Source: a virus
UHGV virus genome: UHGV-0185920
Reading direction: 5' to 3' (one strand)
DNA length: 10,525 bases
In this document: piece by piece, positions 1 through 8,118 of the stretch
Position numbering within the stretch: the first letter of the stretch is position 1
Layout: the number at the start of each line of letters is the position of its first letter
Notes under the pieces: generated by a model
Told to the model about the DNA's origin: nothing
What the model saw: the letters and a program-made list of their open reading frames with translations, nothing else
Database searches by the model: none
Made by a program: the position numbers and the translations under genes

Positions 1-34
1 AAACACACCATATATTGAACGACAAGTAAATCAC

Positions 35-73
35 ATGTCACTCCTAGAATGCGATATCTTTAAGGAGTGACAT
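35..73. terminator. Perfect 11-bp inverted repeat (ATGTCACTCCT / AGGAGTGACAT) with 17-nt loop; possible terminator downstream of the tailspike gene
   Basis: Stem arms at 35..45 and 63..73 read directly from the sequence; lies about 80 bp past the tailspike stop codon; moderately T-rich flanks on both strands. Function inferred. Confidence 0.3.
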
Positions 74-155
74 TTATCTATAACAAATTACTAAAACACC
101 CAAAAAACATAGACTTCAATTGGTAATATTGAGACTTAAGGTGTCAGTAAAATAG

Positions 156-2888
156 TTAATTTGCAAGCTTATTTTCCAGTTCTTCAATCCTCTTTATAAT
201 ATTTTTCTGACGTATACCTAATGCAGCAATCATTAGATACTGTAATTCATCATTTCTGAATGCATAGCGTTCTCCTGCTTCATGCGTAATAGTTATAGCC
301 TCACGAACAAGGTTACCTTCATCATCATAAACAGCTGGATCTGTATCTGTATATGCATCCCATCTGTCATAGCAGATCGCTCCGTATTTAAATGGATCAA
401 GTCCATTCTCTCTGAATATTTCCATTGCCCGTTGCACCGTAAGTCCGGCATGAAGTCTGGCATCAGCTCCCTTATTTTTTACACTATCAAGCCATTGATA
501 AAAACCAATTTCATCAACAAGAGCTAACCCAACCGCCTGCTCTTTATCGGAAAGAGTTCTGACTTCCGTTTTCTCTGTTGCATCAGATGTATTTATAGTT
601 GCAGTCCCTGCGTAGACCTGAGAAAAGCGGTTAACGGACCTTCCAAGTGATACCTGGTTATCAGTTGTTGGCCTTAATGTCGTCGTCGCCCATGTCGATG
701 TAGTATCTTTAGTCGCAGAAAATACTGTTACATTCCCCTGCTTAAGTCTGACGACACCTCCATCTGTAGAGGCAAGTATCAACTCACCAGCCGCAGATGG
801 ACAATCAGCAGCATGGATATCAATATAAGCACCACCCGCAGTATTCCCATCTTTAGAACGGAACTGCATACCTCGAAAGTTTGAGTCGAATACTGCTTTC
901 GTACTTACCCATGAATTATTGTCATGTCCGTAATCTGTATCAAACAGGTTAAGGTTATTTCCATAATTCAACTCGAGGGATTTGGTATACTCTCCAATGG
1001 CTTCGTCAAATATCGCAATAGTAAATGAACCGTGCTCACGGTTAAAGGCGATATCAGTTCCAGCATAATATTGATGCGCGGTTCCGGTATACGGATCGGA
1101 TTCTGCACCATGCACTGGATGGTTGCCAAGAATATCAGACAGGTTTGCTATTCCAAACAGATGCTTATTTCTGCGAGTATAATCACCTGATTTATATGTT
1201 GCGCCTGAATCCCATTCACCACTTGTCGCTGCAAGCGATGTTTTTAACCAATAAGACCTGTTTGTCGGAAGATTTCCCTTGTTATCACCAGTAACAATAC
1301 TTACCCAATTTTTACCACGATGGCTTACAACATCCCCTGCGCTTTTCCATACATCCATAGCACCACAGACAAGTTCATCACCTCTTATTGCCAGCCCTTC
1401 AGGCTCAAAGCTAACCGGAACTCCGATTTTAGAGTCAGAACCATTTAACTGAGTCTCTGTATAAAGTGATGCGGCAAGTGATACAGGAAATGAACGTATT
1501 AGCGTACCACCCATATCATAAATCTGTACTGTCCTTACGCATCTTGCAGGAACGCCACCCCAAATTGTGTAAATATATCTGCTATCTGATGTAATACCCT
1601 GAAGTGTTGCACCATACTGACCTTTACCACGGACAAGTGGAACAGGACCATTAATCGGTCTAACTTTCATTGGGTTAGAAGAAGATTCCACTTCTTTGCG
1701 ATCATATACGTATAAAAAGCGGCCAGTCCCAGCGTTTGATGTCGCAATTAATATGACATATCGCCCATCATTAGATACACAAATACTTGCCCGCTGCGCA
1801 AGGTTAATCAGATTATTATCACCCGGCTCACCAAATACTCGGTAATGAGTTATATCTTCAGCAGATGTTGATGCCCCTTTCCATTTTGTCTTTGAATACC
1901 CCTTCCCTCCTAGAGAGGAACCAGTCTCAGCAATTGTTGTTGTAAACAGATATAGTTCACCGTTCTCTATTGTGGCAGAAAGATCTGAACCGTGACCAAG
2001 AGGCAATGGCTCTGTAAATGTCACAACATAAAGAGTTGAACCATCGCTTGTATAGTGCCACTCACTGATCCTTGTGAGGGTGTCCGTTCCCCAGTTAGAA
2101 CCTCCAACCTGTTGAGTGATAAAAACCTTCTCAATACCTTCATGCCTTACACAAGCTATTCCCTGCAATGCATTTTGTGCATTCGCATATATAGTTGGCG
2201 CATTGATATCATCACCAAAATTCAGGGTCGCAAGTTTTCTTTGTCCAATGGAGAAACTTTGCATCGGCGGATTAACAGAAATGCGAACACCATTACTGAT
2301 TAGAACACCATCACCGGAGAAGCGTGAAATATCTATTTTCGATGCATCAACTATAAACTCACCAGAAGGCACATGAACCAAACCACTATTTCCTGCGCTA
2401 GATGCGGCGTCAAGAAAAGCCTGTGTTGAATCTCTATTCCCAGAGTCATCCGCCCCCCACCCGCGAACGTCTTTATCATCCCGCCATCGTGCAATCTGTA
2501 ATTCAGGGTATTTTTTAGCACCATCAGGATCTTCTAATTGCTGCCGTAACTGATCCGGGTCATACTTCAGCACATTCGGAAAATAGAACTGCTGCGTACC
2601 ATAAGCATCGTACACAGCCATAGAGTGTCCTTTCACAGTAACGAATTTGGCAATCTGTCCGTTATATACAGGATATCCAGCAGCATTGATAACGATTGGT
2701 TGCGAAACAGGAACGTGAGAACCATCTTCATTCTCTACATAAACCTGAATCTGGTTTTCAGGATTTACAGGGTCAGTGTCAATTTTACCGATATAAATTT
2801 TTCCATTAGCTACGGCTTTAAAAGAACGAGCCATAGTGAAGAGTTGAGAAGGCATCCCAATTACAACATTTGGAGTTATATCAGGCAT
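156..2888 (-). CDS. Tailspike protein: P22 gp9-like N-terminal head-binding domain, central receptor-binding/depolymerase domain of unknown specificity, C-terminal peptidase-S74-type intramolecular chaperone domain
   Basis: Minus-strand ORF 156..3041 in the track. From MPDITPNVV through [26 protein letters not shown] to LKYDPDQ the protein matches the P22 tailspike N-terminal domain as I recall it. Start chosen at ATG 2888 (AGGA 8 nt upstream); alternative ATG at 2897; the track Met at 3041 adds 48 residues with no homology. C-terminal SDATEK (Ser and Lys at i and i+5), HAGLTVQ and [10 protein letters not shown] resemble autocleaving tail-fibre chaperone domains. Confidence 0.9.
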   Translation of the reverse strand: MPDITPNVVIGMPSQLFTMARSFKAVANGKIYIGKIDTDPVNPENQIQVYVENEDGSHVPVSQPIVINAAGYPVYNGQIAKFVTVKGHSMAVYDAYGTQQFYFPNVLKYDPDQLRQQLEDPDGAKKYPELQIARWRDDKDVRGWGADDSGNRDSTQAFLDAASSAGNSGLVHVPSGEFIVDASKIDISRFSGDGVLISNGVRISVNPPMQSFSIGQRKLATLNFGDDINAPTIYANAQNALQGIACVRHEGIEKVFITQQVGGSNWGTDTLTRISEWHYTSDGSTLYVVTFTEPLPLGHGSDLSATIENGELYLFTTTIAETGSSLGGKGYSKTKWKGASTSAEDITHYRVFGEPGDNNLINLAQRASICVSNDGRYVILIATSNAGTGRFLYVYDRKEVESSSNPMKVRPINGPVPLVRGKGQYGATLQGITSDSRYIYTIWGGVPARCVRTVQIYDMGGTLIRSFPVSLAASLYTETQLNGSDSKIGVPVSFEPEGLAIRGDELVCGAMDVWKSAGDVVSHRGKNWVSIVTGDNKGNLPTNRSYWLKTSLAATSGEWDSGATYKSGDYTRRNKHLFGIANLSDILGNHPVHGAESDPYTGTAHQYYAGTDIAFNREHGSFTIAIFDEAIGEYTKSLELNYGNNLNLFDTDYGHDNNSWVSTKAVFDSNFRGMQFRSKDGNTAGGAYIDIHAADCPSAAGELILASTDGGVVRLKQGNVTVFSATKDTTSTWATTTLRPTTDNQVSLGRSVNRFSQVYAGTATINTSDATEKTEVRTLSDKEQAVGLALVDEIGFYQWLDSVKNKGADARLHAGLTVQRAMEIFRENGLDPFKYGAICYDRWDAYTDTDPAVYDDEGNLVREAITITHEAGERYAFRNDELQYLMIAALGIRQKNIIKRIEELENKLAN

Positions 2889-3235
2889 ATTAGTCATCCT
2901 GTTTGAAAATTTAGATATTGAAGAAAACGGAATGACTGCAGACAAAGATGCAATTGTTTTGAAAAATAATCTTCTATTCACTTTAAAACTATGCAACATG
3001 AACAAAACAATTATTTTACAACAAGCAAGAATCTTGATCAACAGACATATGCTTTATGCGTTTAATGCGTCACTTAAAAATAACAAGTACTACTTTTATT
3101 CCTATCGTCCATGATTTTCATTTTCAAATATTATTAAATAACAATTCCTATTTATAATATCTGTCATTTAATTTGCTCCAGATACAAGGAATCGCTGCAG
3201 CGTGGCCGCAGTGATGCATTATTAATCAAATAAAG

Positions 3236-3250
3236 AGACCACAGTGGTCT
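3236..3250. promoter_or_regulatory. Perfect 15-bp palindrome AGACCACAGTGGTCT; candidate Mnt operator, abutting a candidate mnt promoter (TTGAGG 3253..3258, 17-bp spacer, TAAGAT 3276..3281)
   Basis: Palindrome read directly; it sits 64 bp upstream of the mnt start and its CCAC-N-GTGG core resembles the P22 mnt operator as I recall it. Promoter hexamers are weak matches picked by eye. Confidence 0.45.
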
Positions 3251-3313
3251 TATTGAGGATGCAACCAGCAGATAATAAGATGCCGCTCCACTCACAAAAG
3301 CGAGGCATCAAGA

Positions 3314-3565
3314 ATGGGAAGAGATGACCCGCAATTTAATCTGCGGCTACTTTACGAATTAAAGGAAAAACTAAAACAGCGAGCCAAATCCAATGGCCGC
3401 TCTCTTAATTCAGAATTAGTTCAGATAGTGACTGATGCTGTATCAAAGCCATCCAAAATTTCAGACTATCGAGACGATGCAGAACGCATCGCTGATGAGC
3501 AGTCCGAACTTGTTAGGAAGATGGTGTTTGATACGCTGAAGGATTTGTACAAAAAACCCACCTGA
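3314..3565 (+). CDS. mnt: Mnt repressor (P22 immI maintenance repressor, ribbon-helix-helix family)
   Basis: 83-aa ORF; GRDDPQFNLRL, NGRSLNSELVQIV and DAERIADEQSELVRKMVFDTLKDLYKK closely match P22 Mnt as I recall it, including the C-terminal tetramerisation region; GAGG 8 nt upstream of the ATG. Confidence 0.9.
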   Translation: MGRDDPQFNLRLLYELKEKLKQRAKSNGRSLNSELVQIVTDAVSKPSKISDYRDDAERIADEQSELVRKMVFDTLKDLYKKPT

Positions 3566-3583
3566 AGGTGGGTCCTATTTATT
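3551..3583. terminator. Bidirectional rho-independent terminator between convergent mnt and the lipoprotein gene
   Basis: 7-bp perfect stem ACCCACC (3556..3562) / GGTGGGT (3567..3573) with TGAA loop; A-run on the left (a U-run for the minus-strand transcript) and T-rich tract on the right. The mnt stop codon TGA at 3563..3565 lies in the loop. Confidence 0.6.
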
Positions 3584-4001
3584 AGTCTTGCTTTGTTGAT
3601 GGTATAAGAGATGCGTTTGCCTCTTTTGGCTTCAAGGTATACATCCCACCATTAAAAGGATCTACAGCAAGCCAACCAATTAACCCACCAAACACAAGGT
3701 TTCCACCAATATACCAGCCATTAGCATTGGCTTTGATTGGCAGGGTAACTGGTTCGTACCCATCCTTTTCCATAGTGATCTGGTAGCTCTTTTTGCCAAA
3801 ATAACTACCATCTGACTTGGCAAGAGTTACTCCTTGTGGGGTCTTACCTTGCGCAACAATCACGCCTGATTCGTCTTTTACCTTAAAGCTCGCACCGGAA
3901 GGATTGCTGTTCACTTGCACAAGCTGCGTTTCGTCACCAACAATAGTTGCGCACCCAGATAACAATATAGCGCCAGCAACGACGCCAATAATCCTCTTCA
4001 T
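3582..4001 (-). CDS. Putative lipoprotein with C-terminal glycine-rich (glycine-zipper-like) segment; function unknown
   Basis: ORF 3582..4013 in the track. Signal peptide with lipobox (MKRIIGVVAGAILLSGC) and glycine-rich GGNLVFGGLIGWLAVDPFNGG near the C-terminus. Start placed at ATG 4001 (MKR) rather than 4013; the 4001 versus 4013 choice is uncertain because neither has a strong RBS. Confidence 0.7.
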   Translation of the reverse strand: MKRIIGVVAGAILLSGCATIVGDETQLVQVNSNPSGASFKVKDESGVIVAQGKTPQGVTLAKSDGSYFGKKSYQITMEKDGYEPVTLPIKANANGWYIGGNLVFGGLIGWLAVDPFNGGMYTLKPKEANASLIPSTKQD

Positions 4002-4118
4002 ATCAATTTCCATATTTAAAAAACCGGAAACATCCTAATGACAAACCATTCAAATGTGAAGTAGGCAAAAGATGTTTACTTTTTTCATGGTATCCTGCTC
4101 AAAACTAAGGAGGTTGGC

Positions 4119-4508
4119 GTGAAGCAATTTCTTACTGCTATGTTCTTATTCATATCTTTTGGGGCTACAGCAGAGTGCTGGGTCGTTGGAGATATGCGCG
4201 GAATAAGCTATTCAGAACGAAATAATTTCCATCCGGAAGAAGATGGTTTTAGTGGAACATTCATCATTAAGACAAACGGTGAAGATGCCAGCATCACATA
4301 TTCTGGGACAGATGCGGGCGGCATGGCTTACAAAGCATTGTCTAAAAACTCCATCATAGGAATCGGCGCGAATGGCGAAACTCAACGCGTTATCGACTCA
4401 TGGGTAATACATCCTACTGGAACAGTTTTAATGTCAAAAACCATTTCCGGTTATAGAAATATGGATTCAACCAAAGCTTTTGTTGGAAAAGTAAAAAGAA
4501 AATGTTAG
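4119..4508 (+). CDS. Secreted (signal-peptide) protein of unknown function
   Basis: 129-aa ORF starting at GTG 4119 with a strong RBS (AAGGAGG 4107..4113, 5-nt spacer); N-terminal hydrophobic signal-like sequence MKQFLTAMFLFISFGATA followed by a soluble domain; I recognise no family. Confidence 0.7.
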   Translation: MKQFLTAMFLFISFGATAECWVVGDMRGISYSERNNFHPEEDGFSGTFIIKTNGEDASITYSGTDAGGMAYKALSKNSIIGIGANGETQRVIDSWVIHPTGTVLMSKTISGYRNMDSTKAFVGKVKRKC

Positions 4509-4599
4509 CGATTGAATCCAATTTCCCATACGTTACTGCTGTGTTGCCTCAGTAGCAAACAGCGGTCTGATGGCATTCGCAGCGTTATTTATCGCTCTT

Positions 4600-5646
4600 T
4601 CATAGGCTGGTGTTCAGAACGTTTACCGGAGTGGTATCAGCAAGAGAGGTGTTTACGTTAGCGTAAGCCTTCTCTTCTTTTGTCAGTGACGCGTCATCCA
4701 GTGCAATCGGTTTCGGCGTGATTTCGATGTGAGTACCATCGATCACACGGGTGATTGAGAAAGTCGCATCATCAGTTAGCACGTTCTTCGCCATCTGAGA
4801 CAGGAATTTCACACCAGTGAAACTGATTTTGTCGCCGCGCTTAAATCCGGTGGTGGAGGATACGGTCACCGTTGCAACACGGTTGTCGACGTTCTCTTTG
4901 TTACCATCGGTATCAAGGGTGTATGCCTGCGGCTTAAACTTCTGCGCACCAGAAACAGTTACACCAGTAGCGGTTGACTTGGTAACTGCCGGAAGTTTCG
5001 GTGAGCGAAGAATTTCATCAAAGCCAGCAATCTGACGCTGAATAGTACCGTTGCGATACGCTTCTTCAGGAACGCGACCGAAGATGTCACCATCTACCAG
5101 GTTGCGGCCTGCTTTGCGGTAATCGTCAGGGTTCAGGAAGTAACTGATGCCCATGTCGCGGTTGAGTTCGCGGGAGAACATCAGGCGCTCTGCATCAGAC
5201 ACAAAATCCCAGCCAGACAGGCCAGTAGATGGACCAATTGCGCGGGTATCGTGAACAACAAGTGAGCCCATTTCAGTTGCCTGTTTGGCAATTGCTGACT
5301 CAATGTTATTCGCCAGTTTTTTAGCGGATGCCTGGATGCGGCGACGGTAAGAACGCTCATCACGCAGGTCATCTGCACGAAGCTCGAAGAAATCGTTATC
5401 CGGATCGCCCATGTTGCATTTCACGGAGAGTTCCAGAATCCCAGTTGCGTTGCCAGTTAAATCCCAGCCAGTCTGGGTTGGCGCTTCCTGCTCAACAGGC
5501 ATCCACACGGTGTTGCTTGAACGCCGCATGGATTCTGCCGGAGGGGTGTATTTTGTCACTTTGGACGCCATTGGCGTCAGATTCTGGACGGTTTCGATGA
5601 TTTCATCCAGAGCATACGTGACCAGTTGACCTTCATTTAATGCCAT
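4600..5646 (-). CDS. Coat (major capsid) protein, P22 gp5-like, C-terminally truncated (348 aa versus about 430 aa for P22 coat as I recall)
   Basis: [83 protein letters not shown] and [10 protein letters not shown] match P22 coat; homology stops within a few codons of the stop at 4600. AAGGA RBS 8 nt upstream; the start overlaps the scaffold stop (TAATG). Could equally be annotated as a pseudogene. Confidence 0.85.
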   Translation of the reverse strand: MALNEGQLVTYALDEIIETVQNLTPMASKVTKYTPPAESMRRSSNTVWMPVEQEAPTQTGWDLTGNATGILELSVKCNMGDPDNDFFELRADDLRDERSYRRRIQASAKKLANNIESAIAKQATEMGSLVVHDTRAIGPSTGLSGWDFVSDAERLMFSRELNRDMGISYFLNPDDYRKAGRNLVDGDIFGRVPEEAYRNGTIQRQIAGFDEILRSPKLPAVTKSTATGVTVSGAQKFKPQAYTLDTDGNKENVDNRVATVTVSSTTGFKRGDKISFTGVKFLSQMAKNVLTDDATFSITRVIDGTHIEITPKPIALDDASLTKEEKAYANVNTSLADTTPVNVLNTSL

Positions 5647-6557
5647 TATCGAATTCCTTTATTCAGTTGCGCCTTGAGCTTGCGGTACGTCTCTACATCC
5701 CTTTTGTTTGCTGCCGCTTCCATCTGCTTTTCAATCGCAGAGATATTTGCAGCAACAGCGTGTCCCTGAATTGGTTCATCAGGTAACGGGGCTTCTGAAA
5801 CAGGCTTGGCTCGAGGCTTGAGAGTTAAACGTTCTGACAGTCGAGTGAGTTCAATCAGCGCGGATTGCCCGTCCATCGCCAGCAACTGGCGTGTTTTTTC
5901 AGGATTAGCACCAAGGTGATACATGAGAGCAGCGGATTTCTCCGGGAAGAGGCGCATGATGTCGGCACCGACTGCTGGCGGCACCAGTTGCATGAATGCA
6001 TCCTCTTTCTCCTGATAGTCAGGGATATTGAGCTTTTCCGCTGCGTCGTAGTGCTTACGGGCTGCCTCGACGTATTGCGCTGATTGCTGGGTGAACTCCT
6101 GAGTTTTGCGACCCTGCTCGGCGACAGCCTGGCTTCGTGCGTCCATAGCCTTGATCTGCCATTCACTGTTTGCCTGCTGGAAGGCAGCCAGTGCGCGGCT
6201 CTGGTCATAGTCGTACTTAGCCAGTGCATCTTCGGAAAGATAATCGTTAGGGTCTGGTTGTTTTGGTAACTCAGGGTTCACCCGCAGGTGCTCCGGCAAC
6301 TCTCCACGCTTAACCGCTTCCATCTGCTGCTCAAGCTCACGCTGGCGTTTGCGTTCGATGCGGCGACGGGCAAATTCAGCATTAGTTGCCGGGTCTTGTT
6401 TTGGTTTCTCATCGTCTTTCAGGACAATCTCGAAGCCTTCTTCCTGACCTGCGTTGTCGTTGGCATTATCGACAACTAAGCCATCAGCAGATGCCGCTGC
6501 ATGATTGCCGGGCAGGGTTAATTCTTCAGAAGCCTGAATGTCGGTGGTTTGGTCCAT
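5646..6557 (-). CDS. Scaffolding protein (P22 gp8-like), apparently full length (303 aa)
   Basis: [62 protein letters not shown] and the C-terminal coat-binding region ([16 protein letters not shown]) match P22 gp8 as I recall it; it sits immediately upstream of coat with a TAATG overlap. Confidence 0.9.
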   Translation of the reverse strand: MDQTTDIQASEELTLPGNHAAASADGLVVDNANDNAGQEEGFEIVLKDDEKPKQDPATNAEFARRRIERKRQRELEQQMEAVKRGELPEHLRVNPELPKQPDPNDYLSEDALAKYDYDQSRALAAFQQANSEWQIKAMDARSQAVAEQGRKTQEFTQQSAQYVEAARKHYDAAEKLNIPDYQEKEDAFMQLVPPAVGADIMRLFPEKSAALMYHLGANPEKTRQLLAMDGQSALIELTRLSERLTLKPRAKPVSEAPLPDEPIQGHAVAANISAIEKQMEAAANKRDVETYRKLKAQLNKGIR

Positions 6558-6570
6558 GATTAACTCTCTC

Positions 6571-7311
6571 TTATTGAGGTGTCTCGGCTACTCCGCCGGA
6601 GGGGATTTGAACTTGACGCATAAGATTCGCGAAATCCATGCGTTGTGAATGAGTCTGGTCTGCATCTTTAAGAAGCAGCTCAGCGTTAGCACGAGCATCT
6701 TTGCTGCGCTGTTGCTGGAATTGACCTACTAGCTTGAGGTACTCACGCAGTTCTGCCTGCTTGTCGAGGTCCATATTGTTGAAGATTTCTGCAATCTTCG
6801 CGGCGTTGAGTTGGTTTTGGGCTTCAACCTTGGCGGCTTCAACCTGAATCTGCGCCTGTTGGTTCTCTGCCTTGAGCAATTCAGCCTGACCTTGCAGAAG
6901 GATACCCTGCGCCTGAATTTGCTCTGCTGATGGCTGCTGCGGCTGCTGTTGAGCCTGCTGTACCATCTCCATCTCTTCAGGTGTTTCTGGTTTCTTCAGC
7001 CCCATCATCACCAGTTGCTTGTTCGCGTAACGCCCGGTAAGGTGAAACGCGACTTCAGCAGCACCAGTAAATGACTTACCAAGCTGGTTACCAGCCATAA
7101 AACATCGCTCTGGATAGTCATGCCCGGCGTCGATGAACTCACGCTGTTTGCTGTATGGCGTAAATTCATATACCGGAGAAACAGGAGAAGAGTTCTCGGT
7201 AAATATCTCGCTTGAGTCATCAATGCGATATCGGGCGCGTCCTGACGCTTCAACGATTTTATGGTGGATGGAACAGAGTGAAGAAGCCAGAAAATCGCTA
7301 ACCAGCAACAC
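6571..7311 (-). pseudogene. In-frame fusion remnant: large terminase N-proximal fragment (Walker A region, about 7027..7170) joined to portal protein C-terminal fragment (about 6571..7026)
   Basis: The upstream part contains [48 protein letters not shown], a large-terminase ATPase Walker A region. The downstream part is a Q/E/A-rich helical tail ([25 protein letters not shown] ... ETPQ) ending 13 nt before the scaffold start, where the portal C-terminus lies in P22. The first 47 track residues show no homology. Confidence 0.7.
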
Positions 7312-7630
7312 TCAAGAGCTTTCAACGGCTCTTTCATGGTTATCTGAATTCATCATAAAGAACGCCAACCACAAATTCGTTCAGGTTTGGGGGAATGGAG
7401 CATCATTTGACTGCGTTATTCTCCGCAACAGTTATTCGCTGACAGGGCAGCCAGTTCCGTGGCAGTGGTGGAATGACCGCGACGTAAGAACAATCGTCGA
7501 ACTTGGGAAGGTAATAGGATTCGACCCTAAGCGAGATATGCCATTCAAAGGAACTCGCCACAACGCGCTTGATGATGCCATTCACCAAGCCAAATACGTT
7601 TCAGCGATCTGGAAAAAGTTAGCTAAATAA
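7133..7630 (+). pseudogene. DnaQ-like (DEDD) 3'-5' exonuclease, N-terminally truncated (Exo II and Exo III motifs present, Exo I region missing)
   Basis: WGNGASFDCVIL (Exo II-like) and HNALDDAIHQAKY (Exo III-like), plus WWNDRDVRT, match the small phage exonuclease family; no DxE-containing N-terminal segment is found in any frame upstream; the 5' end overlaps the terminase fragment on the opposite strand. Confidence 0.65.
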
Positions 7631-7646
7631 TCAACAGGAGAAAACC

Positions 7647-7943
7647 ATGCCAGCGCCTCTGTATGGTGCGGATGACCCGCGCCGCTGTTCCGGCAATTCC
7701 GTATCGGAGGTGCTGGATAAATTCAGAAAAAACTACGATCGGATAATGTCGCTACCGCAGGAAACGAAAGAGGAAAAGGAATTTCGCCACTGTATATGGC
7801 TTGCAGAGAAAGAAGAACGAGAGCGAATTTACCAGACATCAATCCGACCATTCCGCAAAGCCACATATACCCACTTCCCTGAATATATCGACCCGCGCCT
7901 GCGTAATTACCGCTCACGCTATGGCGCTATCAGTAATGACTGA
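7647..7943 (+). CDS. Hypothetical early-region protein (98 aa)
   Basis: ATG with AGGAG RBS (7636..7640); co-directional and tightly packed with neighbouring genes; no family recognised. Confidence 0.6.
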   Translation: MPAPLYGADDPRRCSGNSVSEVLDKFRKNYDRIMSLPQETKEEKEFRHCIWLAEKEERERIYQTSIRPFRKATYTHFPEYIDPRLRNYRSRYGAISND

Positions 7944-7953
7944 GGAATTTACC

Positions 7954-8118
7954 ATGAGAGGACTTGCATACAATCCCGGCATTCTTCCGGCAGAAATGAT
8001 TATTCGCCAACGCGTAAAGCCAATGCCATCGAGAGAGGAATTGCTTAAGAGAAATTCTTTTCCATCAGTAAATCAAAACAAATATCTGAATGCGATGTGG
8101 CGGAGTGGGAAGAAATGA
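7954..8118 (+). CDS. Hypothetical small protein (54 aa)
   Basis: ATG 7954 with GAGG 8 nt upstream; its stop overlaps the next start (ATGA at 8115..8118). The track reports a longer 105-aa version from 7801 that overlaps the preceding gene; the short form is preferred. Confidence 0.45.
   Translation: MRGLAYNPGILPAEMIIRQRVKPMPSREELLKRNSFPSVNQNKYLNAMWRSGKK

Noticed and set aside
1-155. tRNA gene or attachment-site core at the left edge
   Set aside because: No GC-rich cloverleaf-like segment or tRNA-like sequence is visible; the region is AT-rich with only the hairpin noted above.
156-2888. Assigning the tailspike catalytic domain to a specific enzyme class (for example endosialidase)
   Set aside because: Only S-x-DG-like motifs are visible and I could not identify canonical Asp-boxes or catalytic residues by eye; specificity is left open.
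282-2906. Plus-strand ORFs 282..527, 2055..2303, 2116..2376 and 2625..2906 inside the tailspike gene
   Set aside because: Antisense to a well-supported long CDS; low-complexity or Cys/Ile-rich translations, no RBS, no homology recognised.
2932-3114. 60-aa plus-strand ORF in the tailspike-mnt intergenic region
   Set aside because: AT-rich low-complexity translation (N/K/Y-rich), no RBS; more likely promoter DNA than a gene.
3279-3309. Imperfect inverted repeat GATGCC ... GGCATC overlapping the mnt RBS (possible RBS-sequestering hairpin)
   Set aside because: Only 6-bp arms with a 19-nt spacer, and the left arm probably lies upstream of the mnt transcription start; too weak to call.
2898-3313. 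Search for arc or ant homologues between the tailspike and mnt
   Set aside because: Hand translation of the minus strand from the only plausible ATG (3219) gives a 23-codon ORF with no Arc-like sequence; the interval is too short for ant. Conclusion: arc and ant are absent.
3817-4038. 73-aa plus-strand ORF overlapping the lipoprotein gene
   Set aside because: Antisense to the lipoprotein CDS; no RBS or recognisable features.
4817-6479. Short ORFs on both strands within the coat and scaffold genes (4817..5035, 5181..5378, 5328..5600, 5411..5629, 5855..6229, 5865..6083, 6084..6269, 6288..6479)
   Set aside because: Embedded in or antisense to CDSs with strong homology to P22 gp5 and gp8; these are shadow ORFs.
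7008-7588. Minus-strand ORFs 7008..7337 and 7403..7588
   Set aside because: Alternative frames or antisense of the terminase fragment and the exonuclease fragment; no homology or RBS.
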